Origin: Microcystis aeruginosa NIES-843
Lineage (GTDB): Bacteria; Cyanobacteriota; Cyanobacteriia; Cyanobacteriales; Microcystaceae
NCBI RefSeq assembly: GCF_000010625.1
Contig: NC_010296.1
Location: forward strand, 660,001 to 692,000
Length of the DNA: 32,000 bases
Reading direction: 5' to 3'
The notes below the pieces were generated by a model, which had not been told where the DNA came from, did no database searches, and was given only the letters and a program-made list of their open reading frames with translations. The translations under genes were made by a program, and so were the position numbers. Of the stretch, positions 15,928-24,910 are shown piece by piece (the stretch's first letter is position 1; each line of letters begins with the position of its first letter).

Positions 15928-18087
15928 ATGTCTTGGCAAAATGAAGTTAAAACCGCTTTAGAAAACAATCAATACGATATTGTTAGTCAGTTTTACGAAG
16001 AACTGATAGAAAGAGAAACCACAGAAATTAGTTATTATTGGTATTTAGGATTATCCTATCTTTTGCAAGGAAGAGAAGAAGAAGCACAAGCTACTTGGTT
16101 ATTTGTCTTCACTCAAGGAGATGAACAGGAAACCGAGTCATGGCTGCTAGAATTAAGCAATATTTTAACTACCGAAGCTAACCGACAAATAGAGTTAAAA
16201 AATCTAGAAATCTCTTGGTTAATTCGTAAACATCTACAGGAAATTAATCCCAGTTATCTCGATAATTTACTGCACTTAACCCTCGTTGAAATTAAATTAA
16301 ATAGATTTGATCCTCAACAACTGCAAGAATGGCAAATACTAGAATTAATTACTCAGGGTTCAGTTAACTCTCAATTATTGGAACGGGTAGTAATTGCCCT
16401 CATACCTTACACCCATAAATATACCATAGAATTAGTTCGGCTAAGTTTACCCTATCTGTCGAATTCTTTAAAACTTCTGGATCATATTTTAAAAATTACT
16501 CGTCAGGTAGCGTTTCAAAAAAAACTACCTCTTTATTCGGTAGATTTGGCGGAAGCTTTTTTACCACTTTATCCCGAAAGTTGGTACTTACAAGTTAATT
16601 TATTTTGGTTTTATATCTCTTCAGATGACTATGACAAAGCAATAAATTTAGCAAATAAGTTGAAAAAGAAAAGTCAGACAATTGATTTGAAAATGTTTAG
16701 TCAATCTCTCCTCTTTAATGGCTCTTTACGAGCCTCAAAATGGAATGACATTCCTAGTATTTGTCAAGAGTATAAACACTTAATTAGAGAATTTCTAGAA
16801 CAAAACCCCCAAGATATACATCCCTTAGTTAGAGAAAATTTACTAACAGTTATGAATCCGATTTCCTACTATGAAGATAACCCGAAAGAGAATCGACCGC
16901 TTTTAAGTCAGATTGGCAGTTTTTTTCAAACAACCTACAAAGAAATGCTGGGTTTTCAAGAGGAAAGTTTTGACAAACCGAGAGAAGATAATGCCAATAA
17001 AAAACTTAAAATTGGTTACATTGCCCAAAGCTTAAAACGTCATCCCGTGGGTTTATTGAGTCGTTGGACTATTAATTATCACAATCGTGAGCAGTTTGAT
17101 ATTCACCTTTATATGGTGAGTCAACCTGTGGATGAAATCACTAAACAATGGTTTTCTAATCCCGCAGATAAAATCTATCATGCTACTGCTGATTCCTTAG
17201 TAACCTATCGCAAAATTAAAGAAGATAACATCGATATTCTTGTGGATTTAGATAGTGGTACTGGGGCAATCGTTGCCAAAGTTATTGCCTTAAAACCTGC
17301 TCCTATTCAAGTTAACTGGTTAGGTTTTGATGGTTCCGGTTTACCCGCAGTAGATTATCTTTTAGCGGATCCTTATGTACTACCAGAAAATGCCCAAGAA
17401 TATTATCAAGAAAAAATCTGGCGTTTACCTGATGCTTTTGTTGCTGTGGATGGTTTTGAAATAGCCGTTCCTACCCTGCGAAGAGAAGATTTAGGTATTA
17501 ATAATGATGCGGTTATTTATCTAAGTTCTCAAACGGCAATTAAGCGTAATCCTGCGATGATTCGCTTACAAATGCAAATCATCAAATCCGTACCTAATAG
17601 TTATTTCCTGATTCAAGGAGTTGCTGATGATAATTCCCTCTGGGATTTATTCTGTCAAATTGCCGCAGAAGTTGGGGTAGAAACTAATCGAATTAAGATG
17701 CTTCCTCTCTATCAGACGGAAACCTACAGGGCAAATTTAGCCATCGCTGATGTGGTTTTGGACACCTATCCCTTTAACGGTGGTACAACCACCCTAGAAA
17801 CCCTCTGGATGGGAATTCCTCTGGTGGTTAAAGTGGGGCAACAATGGTCATCACGCAACGGTTATACTTTAATGATGAATGCGGGAATAACTGAGGGTAT
17901 ATCTTGGAGTGATGAGGAATATGTGCAGTGGGGAATTAAGTTAGGATTGGATAGAAATTTAAGAGAAGAAGTCCGTTGGAAACTCCGAAAGTCTCGTCAT
18001 ACATCTCCCCTCTGGAATGCCAAACAATTTACCAGAGATTTAGAAACTGCTTATCGGCAAATGTGGAATATTTATTGTCAATCTTAG
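15928..18087 (+). CDS. TPR-like / GT41 protein, paralog 2
   Basis: 719 aa, collinear with paralog 1. Starts 17 nt after its stop. Confidence 0.8.
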   Translation: MSWQNEVKTALENNQYDIVSQFYEELIERETTEISYYWYLGLSYLLQGREEEAQATWLFVFTQGDEQETESWLLELSNILTTEANRQIELKNLEISWLIRKHLQEINPSYLDNLLHLTLVEIKLNRFDPQQLQEWQILELITQGSVNSQLLERVVIALIPYTHKYTIELVRLSLPYLSNSLKLLDHILKITRQVAFQKKLPLYSVDLAEAFLPLYPESWYLQVNLFWFYISSDDYDKAINLANKLKKKSQTIDLKMFSQSLLFNGSLRASKWNDIPSICQEYKHLIREFLEQNPQDIHPLVRENLLTVMNPISYYEDNPKENRPLLSQIGSFFQTTYKEMLGFQEESFDKPREDNANKKLKIGYIAQSLKRHPVGLLSRWTINYHNREQFDIHLYMVSQPVDEITKQWFSNPADKIYHATADSLVTYRKIKEDNIDILVDLDSGTGAIVAKVIALKPAPIQVNWLGFDGSGLPAVDYLLADPYVLPENAQEYYQEKIWRLPDAFVAVDGFEIAVPTLRREDLGINNDAVIYLSSQTAIKRNPAMIRLQMQIIKSVPNSYFLIQGVADDNSLWDLFCQIAAEVGVETNRIKMLPLYQTETYRANLAIADVVLDTYPFNGGTTTLETLWMGIPLVVKVGQQWSSRNGYTLMMNAGITEGISWSDEEYVQWGIKLGLDRNLREEVRWKLRKSRHTSPLWNAKQFTRDLETAYRQMWNIYCQS

Positions 18088-18099
18088 CGGATAAAAACT

Positions 18100-19440
18100 A
18101 TGCAATGGCATCAAGACACACAAACCAACTTAAACGACAACAATTATCAACTGGTGGTGCAGTTTTATGAACAATTAATTGAAAACAATTCTCCAGCAAT
18201 TGAGGATTATTTTTATCTAGGATTAGCCTATCTTTTACAAGATAGAGAAGAAGACGCGCAAGCTACTTGGTTACTGGTGTTGAGTCAAGCAGCCGAATCA
18301 GAATTATCGGGGTGGATAGAAACTTTAACTCAAATCTTAGATGCAGAGGCAACCAGACAAGAAAATTCCCAAAGACTAGAGACAAGCTATCTAATTCGAT
18401 TGCATCTACAAAACCTTAATCCTAGTTTTTTAAATAATCTCCTGCATCTGATGGAATTAGAAATACAATTCCAAAATTTTGCTATGGAAAAGTGCAATGA
18501 TTGGTGTGTATTTGAACTGTTAGAGAATACAGCTACAGCAGCAATTAATCTTGATTTACTGCTGGGAGTGACAGAAAAAGTTTTAATCTACCCCTGCACT
18601 AATACCATCCACTTTTTAGAATTAGCAGCCTTACATATCAATAATCCAGAAATAATTGCGGCCAAAGTTATCTCAGCAATTGTCAATTATGCTTATCAAC
18701 AAAAGCAAAGTGTATTTGCCATTAATTTAGTAGAACTTTGTTTGCGCTTTCTACCAGAGGATTTATACTTACAAAATAGTTTGTTTAATCTTTATAAAAC
18801 CACCACTGTTGACTATAAAAAATCTCTAGAAATTGCCGAAAATTTTTATAAAAATTGCCAGACAACTACTGAAAAGCTCTTGGGAATTTCTCTAGTGATT
18901 GGTATTTTACAAGCTAAGGGAGACTGGGGAAATTTACCTAAATTTATCGATGAATTAATACAACTAATCGAGGGACAAATTAATGCCGAACAATTTAATG
19001 CACTTCCCTTTATTATCGACTCTATTTTGGGAGTTACTAGCTGTCTTCCCTACTATCAAGATAATCCCAAAATTAATCGCTATTTACAAAGTAAACTAGC
19101 GGAAATTTTTCAAGCAGATGTAAGAACCCGCTATAACTATATTGCTCCTGTTTATTATCCAAAATCTCCAGCAAGAAAAATAAAAATTGGTTATATTGCC
19201 CATACTCTCCGTCGTCATTCTGTGGGTTGGTTAAGTCGCTGGTTATTTCACTATCATAATCGAGATAAATTTGAAATTTACACCTATTTTGTCACCCAAG
19301 CAGCAGACGAAATTACTCAAAAATGGTTTAAGAATAACTCAGATTATAGCTATAACTTGCCAGCAAAAATTGAACAAATAACTGCCCAAATTCGTCAAGA
19401 CAAATTAGATATTTTAGTGGATATTAGACCTCTTGCATAA
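18100..19440 (+). pseudogene. TPR-like / GT41 protein, paralog 3, N-terminal part (native sequence ends at 19425, then reads into the IS)
   Basis: Collinear with paralogs 1 and 2 up to ...QDKLDILVDI. The last 5 codons (the last 4 residues, RPLA, plus the stop) come from the IS terminus. Confidence 0.85.
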
Positions 19441-20643
19441 TTTTTTTATGGTATAATATAAGGTTTTGCTTTTTTCTCAATTCTTAGATTGAAGTGGAAA
19501 AAAGAATAAAATGTGATCTTAGGTCAGGAAATCATCTATAATTTTGCTATGTTTATTAGCAAAATTATGGATTATCAAAACTTATCAGATGAACAATTCA
19601 AACGCCGTTTCGGTGTGTATAAACAAACCTATAGAAAGATGGTAGAATCAGTAAAAAGTGTTGAAGCCGACTCTAATTCACCATCTAAAAGGGGACCGAA
19701 ACCTAAACTATCTATAGAAGAACAAGTTTTAGTAACGTTAGAATATTGGCGAGAATATAGAACATATTTTCACATTGGTACAAGCTGGGAACTATCAGAA
19801 TCAACTATATGTCGGATTGTAAATAAGACGGAAAAAATGCTTTTACAATCGGGAAACTTCCGTTTAAAAGGAAAAAAAGCTTTACTCAATCAAGCAGAGA
19901 TACCGGTCATAACGGTAATGGATGTAACGGAAACTCCCATTGAACGCCCCCAAAAGAAACAGAAAGATTTTTTTTCGGGTAAAAGAGGTTATCATACTTT
20001 AAAATCCCAATTAGTAGCTGATCAAAATACAAAGGAAATTATCTGTGTCTTTTGTGGGAAAGGTAGAGGTCATGATTTTAGTTTATTTAAAAAAAGTCGA
20101 GTTCGTTTTCATCCTTTAACTACCAGCATAGAAGACAGTGGTTATCAGGGAATAGCTGCATACCATAGTAATAGTTATACACCGAAAAAGAAATCGAAAA
20201 ATAGAAAATTAACAGAGTTAGAAAAAGAGTATAACAAGGCTTTAGCCAAAGAAAGGATTATCATTGAACATATAAATAGGAAACTCAAAATCTTTAAAAT
20301 CTTATCCTGTAAATATCGGAATCGTCGTCGAAGATATAGTTTAAGAGTTAACTTGTTGGCGGCTATTTATAACTGTGAGTTAGGGATAGGTATAGCAGCT
20401 TCTTAAAAGTTGCCTAAAGATTAATCAAGTCAAGGAGAATTTATTCTCAATTTTTATAATTGAGATAGTTTGTGCCGCTTAAATAAAGAGGTTTTGATAA
20501 CCAAATTAAAGCAGCTCTAAAGAGTTTTGAGTTAAAAGTTAAACTTCAAGTTTTCATTCAGGACAAATGTACTGATTAACTAATTTTTTGGGGAAAATTA
20601 GTTAACCCATCATTATAACATATAATTAATTTGCAAGAGTTCT
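19426..20643 (+). mobile_element. IS5-superfamily (DDE_Tnp_4/Harbinger-like) insertion sequence, 1218 bp
   Basis: Imperfect TIRs agacctcttgca / tgcaagagttct. 3-bp direct repeat ATT at 19423-19425 and 20644-20646. Contains a single transposase ORF. Confidence 0.85.
19567..20406 (+). CDS. Transposase (HTH + DDE_Tnp_4-like)
   Basis: The tracked ORF is 19513..20406; the probable ATG gives MDYQNLSDEQFKRRFGV... It then reads ...VTLEYWREYRTYFHIG...VMDVTETPIERP...GKRGYHTLKSQLVAD...SIEDSGYQG...ERIIIEHINRKLKIFKIL. Confidence 0.8.
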   Translation: MDYQNLSDEQFKRRFGVYKQTYRKMVESVKSVEADSNSPSKRGPKPKLSIEEQVLVTLEYWREYRTYFHIGTSWELSESTICRIVNKTEKMLLQSGNFRLKGKKALLNQAEIPVITVMDVTETPIERPQKKQKDFFSGKRGYHTLKSQLVADQNTKEIICVFCGKGRGHDFSLFKKSRVRFHPLTTSIEDSGYQGIAAYHSNSYTPKKKSKNRKLTELEKEYNKALAKERIIIEHINRKLKIFKILSCKYRNRRRRYSLRVNLLAAIYNCELGIGIAAS

Positions 20644-21474
20644 ATTGATAGCTTAACCAATAATACAACTTATCTAGTAATGGCCTTAAAACCAGCACCG
20701 ATACAGGTAACTTGGTTAGGATTAGATGCGTCGGGAATCCCTGCGATTGATTATTTTATTGCCGATAACTACGTTTTACCCGAAAATGCTGAAGAAATTT
20801 ATTCAGAAAAAATCATCCGACTTCCTAACTCTTATTTATCCGTGGATGGTTTTGAAGTGGGTGTTCCCACTAGGAGAAGAACTGATTTAAATATTCCCGA
20901 TGACGCTATTATTTATCTGACCGTGCAATCGGGATTAAAACGCACCTTAAACATGATTTGTCTGCAATTGCAGATTCTCCAACAGGTTCCTAATAGCTAT
21001 ATCTTAATCAAAGGTTTTGCCGACAAAGAAACCATTCGAGAATTATTTCTCAAAAGTGCCGACGAATTGGGAATTAGTCAAGATAGATTAAGATTTTTGC
21101 CCAATGATTTCAATGAGGAAACCCATCGCGCTAATCTAGGAATTGCTGATATAGTTCTCGATACCTATCCCTATAGTGGTGCTACCACAACCCTAGAAAC
21201 CCTCTGGATGGGGATTCCTTTAGTCACTAGGGTTGGTGAACAATTTGCAGCCCGCAATAGCTATACTTTTATGAAAAATGCCGGCATTAGTCAGGGTATA
21301 GCTTGGAGTGATGAAGAATATGTGCAGTGGGGAATTAAGTTAGGATTAGATGAAAATTTAAGGGAAGAAGTCCGTTATCAATTACGTCAATCTCGTCATA
21401 CATCTCCCCTCTGGAATGCCAAACAATTTACCAGAGATTTAGAAACTGCTTATCAACAAATGTGGAATATTTAG
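20644..21474 (+). pseudogene. TPR-like / GT41 protein, paralog 3, C-terminal part
   Basis: The frame continues from 19425 after removing the IS and one ATT: DILVD-I-DSLTNNTTYLVMALKPAPIQVTWLG... The restored length is 717 aa, against 713 and 719 aa for the intact paralogs. Confidence 0.85.
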
Positions 21475-21602
21475 GGTGCATCTCATTTTTGTCAATCTAC
21501 TAAGTTGGGATTTTTAAGGGAAAACTCTCTTTTAAAATTGGGCTTTACTTCCGATTTTATCGCTCAATCCAAGCTTTTGGGGGGTTCTACCCCCCAAACC
21601 CC

Positions 21603-21647
21603 TAGGGTTGATTCATAGTAGGGTTGATTCATGAATCAACCCTACCC
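21603..21647. repeat. 45-bp palindrome-containing element, copy 1, embedded in GC-rich hairpins
   Basis: tagggttgattcatagtagggttgattcatgaatcaaccctaccc is identical to 24799-24843. Confidence 0.85.
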
Positions 21648-21951
21648 AAACCCCCCGTTGGGGGCGTGGCGCCGCCCCCAAACCCCGGAGCGCATTAGTT
21701 TTTCGGTGGGCTGCTTACAGGTAGTTGTTAATACTTTTGTACGCATTTGAGAGTGACTGATAATTGCTGATTGTCGGTATTTTTGCAAATGTGAGATGCA
21801 GCCTTCCTACCTTCTCCCCACACCCCACACCCCGCTCCCCTGGTGTTAGGCCCAGAGAGACCCTAATAGCTAAAGAAACTGCGCGATTAGATACCAAAGT
21901 CCTTCACAGATAGAAGATAATCAATATTTATCAGTATTGGAAGCCTTCAGC

Positions 21952-23343
21952 ATGGTTCATTTAACGCCCAATCCTAGCTATAGTTTAAGTCTCAAGATAG
22001 AAATCCCCAATCAAGCGGGAACCTTCGCTTCTGTCCTCAATGCGATCGCCGATGTCGGGGGTAATTTAGGGCAAATTTCTCTGATCGAACGCAATTTAAA
22101 GATTAGCACCAGAGAAGTGATGGTTGATGCCGCTAGTACCGACCAAGCGGAACAGATTATCGCCGCGGTTAAAGCTCTACCGGATGTTAAACTCCTGAAA
22201 GTTTCCGATCGCACCTTCGATCTCCATCGTCGGGGTAAAATCTCCATTGAGAGTCGTATTCCCCTCACCTCCCAAGATGACCTGGCCATGGCCTACACCC
22301 CCGGAGTTGGTCGCATCTGCACCGCTATCGCCCACGACCCCGAACAAGTGTACTCATTGACCATCAAGGGCAACACCGTCGCTGTAGTTACCGATGGTAG
22401 CGCGGTATTAGGATTAGGAAATCTCGGGCCAGAGGCTGCCCTACCAGTAATGGAAGGGAAGGCAATGTTATTCAAGGAATTCGCCGGAATTGATGCTTTT
22501 CCCATCTGTTTAGCCACCCAAGACCCCGAAGAAATCATCGCAACCGTCAAAAGAATCGCTCCGGTTTTTGGGGGTATTAACCTAGAGGATATCGGCGCTC
22601 CACGCTGTTTTGAAATCGAGAAACGTCTGCGAGCGGAATTAAATATTCCCGTTTTCCACGATGATCAACACGGTACAGCGATCGTTTCCCTGGCTGCCCT
22701 GATTAATGCCCTCAAATTTGTCAAAAAATCGCTTGATACAGTCAAAATCGTCATTAATGGTGCGGGTGCAGCGGGAATCGCCATCGCTACTCTCTTTAAA
22801 ACCGCAGGAGCTACAAATATAATCCTCTGTGATTCCCTTGGTATCCTCTCCCAAAAACGGGACGATTTAACCCCAGAAAAACAAGCTTGGGCCGTAGCCG
22901 CCAGTGGTAAGCTAGGTGATGCTCTTAAAGGCGCTGATGTCTTCCTGGGGGTGAGTGTACCGGGGGTATTGACTCCCGAAATGGTCAAGGGAATGGCTAA
23001 AGATGCGATCGTGTTTGCCATGGCTAATCCGATTCCCGAAATTCAACCGGAATTAATCAATGATTTGGTGGCAGTGGTGGCTACCGGACGCAGCGATTAT
23101 CCCAATCAGATCAATAATGTTCTCGCTTTCCCCGGATTATTTCGCGGGGCCTTGGACTGTCGCGCTAGGGCAATCACCGATAATATGTATCTGGAAGCGG
23201 CCAAAGCGATCGCTTCTTTGATCACTCCTGCTAATCTCAATCGAGAGAATATTATTCCCTCGGTTTTTGATAGTCGTGTAGTTACGGCTGTGGCCGCCGC
23301 CGTTCAACACGCTGCTCGTCAAGATGGAGTGGCCGGGGAATAA
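21952..23343 (+). CDS. NAD(P)-dependent malic enzyme with N-terminal ACT-like domain
   Basis: The tracked ORF starts at TTG 21937; ATG at 21952. Motifs: LAMAYTPGVGRIC, VVTDGSAVLGLGNLG, FGGINLEDIGAPRCFEIE, VFHDDQHGTAIV, INGAGAAG. Confidence 0.85.
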   Translation: MVHLTPNPSYSLSLKIEIPNQAGTFASVLNAIADVGGNLGQISLIERNLKISTREVMVDAASTDQAEQIIAAVKALPDVKLLKVSDRTFDLHRRGKISIESRIPLTSQDDLAMAYTPGVGRICTAIAHDPEQVYSLTIKGNTVAVVTDGSAVLGLGNLGPEAALPVMEGKAMLFKEFAGIDAFPICLATQDPEEIIATVKRIAPVFGGINLEDIGAPRCFEIEKRLRAELNIPVFHDDQHGTAIVSLAALINALKFVKKSLDTVKIVINGAGAAGIAIATLFKTAGATNIILCDSLGILSQKRDDLTPEKQAWAVAASGKLGDALKGADVFLGVSVPGVLTPEMVKGMAKDAIVFAMANPIPEIQPELINDLVAVVATGRSDYPNQINNVLAFPGLFRGALDCRARAITDNMYLEAAKAIASLITPANLNRENIIPSVFDSRVVTAVAAAVQHAARQDGVAGE

Positions 23344-23374
23344 TGTAATTATCTTGCAGGAGGGTAAGTAAACC

Positions 23375-24109
23375 GTGAAACCGATCGATGATATTCCCGA
23401 AGCTTTGCGGGACAGCCAGTACAGAAAAACTACTAATCCTAATGGTCTAATAGCGATCGCAAGCGGTTTACTCGCTCTGGTGGGAACCGGCATAATTGCC
23501 CTAGCAGTCTTGAATCGTCCCCCTGCTACCGTAAAAAAACCGGTTATTAACCCCTCCCCCCTGATTAAAGCCACTCCTAGCCCCATTGAGAACATTCTAG
23601 GTCATTTACCCTATGAAGAGGCTCCAGAGACGGAATTAGCCCCCATTACTGGGGATGGTGCTATGCGTTTAAGGAAACCGGCAGCCAAAGCTTTTATCCA
23701 GATGCAGAGTGACGCGAGGAGGTCGGGGGTGATTTTAATGCCGATTTCCGCATTTCGATCGAAAGCAACCCAAGACAAGCTCTTTTTTGAAGTTAAAGAA
23801 CAACGCAATCAGGAAACCCGCAAACGAGCAGAAGTGAGCGCACCTCCGGGTTACAGCGAACATCATACCGGTTATGCGATCGATATTGGCGATGGTCGCG
23901 CTCCCGCAACAAATTTAAGTAGCAGTTTTGCTAATACTGCCGCTTTTCGTTGGTTGCAAAATAACGCTGCCCAGTATAGTTTCGAGTTATCTTTCCCTGA
24001 AAATAATCTCCAGGGTATTAATTATGAACCCTGGCACTGGCGTTTTGTCGGGGATAGTCACAGTTTAGAAACTTTTTATAAAGCCCAACAATTAGGAAAA
24101 CAAAAATAA
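23375..24109 (+). CDS. M15-family D-Ala-D-Ala carboxypeptidase-like (VanY-type) peptidase with membrane anchor
   Basis: 244 aa: SAFRSKATQDKLF, PGYSEHHTGYAIDI, EPWHWRF zinc-peptidase motifs. Confidence 0.8.
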   Translation: MKPIDDIPEALRDSQYRKTTNPNGLIAIASGLLALVGTGIIALAVLNRPPATVKKPVINPSPLIKATPSPIENILGHLPYEEAPETELAPITGDGAMRLRKPAAKAFIQMQSDARRSGVILMPISAFRSKATQDKLFFEVKEQRNQETRKRAEVSAPPGYSEHHTGYAIDIGDGRAPATNLSSSFANTAAFRWLQNNAAQYSFELSFPENNLQGINYEPWHWRFVGDSHSLETFYKAQQLGKQK

Positions 24110-24138
24110 GATAACCTTATCGGCAATTGCGTCCTGTA

Positions 24139-24204
24139 GGGGCGAAGCATTCGGACAATAACCTATCGCTGAAACCAGAGATTTTCTATCCGAATGCTTC
24201 GCCC
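24139..24204. repeat. 66-bp long-stem palindromic element, copy 2, followed by a T-run (possible terminator of the peptidase gene)
   Basis: ggggcgaagcattcgg...ccgaatgcttcgccc, then gtactttttcaacttttt. Lies between 53-bp direct duplications of the gene's 3' end. Confidence 0.8.
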
Positions 24205-24335
24205 GTACTTTTTCAACTTTTTAGAAAACCCAACAATTAGGAAAACAAAAATAAGATAACCTTATCGGCGATCGATGGCATTTTCTGGAATTAATTACTA
24301 AAATAGGATTATATTGTATTGTGAGTGTTTCTAAT

Positions 24336-24680
24336 ATGTCCAAGCCGGTAGAATACTTAACAAATGAGCAAGGGGAACGAGTTGGGGTTTTATTAGACTG
24401 GAACACCTATTCTCGATTTGCCAATTCATTAGGACTCGATGAAGATTGTTTGATTGGTTTGAGTGTGGATGAATTAAAAGCGCTGGCAAGTTGTCAATTG
24501 TCCCTCGTAGAGCAAACCCGTTTAGATGATTTAGTGACGAGAAATGCAGAATCTTTACTCTGCGCTGATGAAGTAGCTGAGTTAGATGAGTTGTTGGCAA
24601 AAACAGATCAATTAACAATTCTTAAAACTCGTGCCAGATATACGCTAAAGTGCTTGGAACAAGGTACGACAGCAGCGTGA
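24336..24680 (+). CDS. Small hypothetical protein (antitoxin-like size; function unknown)
   Basis: The tracked ORF starts at GTG 24321; the ATG at 24336 gives MSKPVEYLTNEQGERVGVLLDWNTY... No confident family. Confidence 0.45.
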   Translation: MSKPVEYLTNEQGERVGVLLDWNTYSRFANSLGLDEDCLIGLSVDELKALASCQLSLVEQTRLDDLVTRNAESLLCADEVAELDELLAKTDQLTILKTRARYTLKCLEQGTTAA

Positions 24681-24798
24681 GTGTTTATATTCGGATGGGG
24701 TTTTCCCGGTCTGACAGGAGAGAGGGATGCAGAAACTCCGATTCTATCTTGTAAGTCATGACCAAATCTTCTTAGCCTACAATTAAAAATAAGCAAGG

Positions 24799-24843
24799 TA
24801 GGGTTGATTCATAGTAGGGTTGATTCATGAATCAACCCTACCC
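24799..24843. repeat. 45-bp palindrome-containing element, copy 2
   Basis: Identical to 21603-21647. Sits in the putative promoter region of the NACHT gene. Confidence 0.85.
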
Positions 24844-24910
24844 CTGCTAGGGGTTGGGGGGTTGCCTTTTTCCTCGTCTCAACAGGTAATTTAAATACTT
24901 GACAGCATCA

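Noticed and set aside
17976-18170. 64-aa ORF spanning the junction between GT41 paralogs 2 and 3
   Set aside because: It is an out-of-frame overlap of two strongly supported genes.
22011-23595. Several minus-strand ORFs (22011..22289, 22293..22550, 22639..22854, 22665..23021, 23137..23595)
   Set aside because: They are antisense to the well-supported malic enzyme and M15 peptidase genes. Their Ala/Ser/Arg-rich sequences are typical of shadow ORFs.
24678-24760. Short GTG ORF (VSVYIRMGFSRSDRREGCRNSDSIL) overlapping the stop of 24336..24680, possibly the stump of an HNH-endonuclease-like partner gene
   Set aside because: Only the first five residues resemble what I recall of such partners. That is too little to call.
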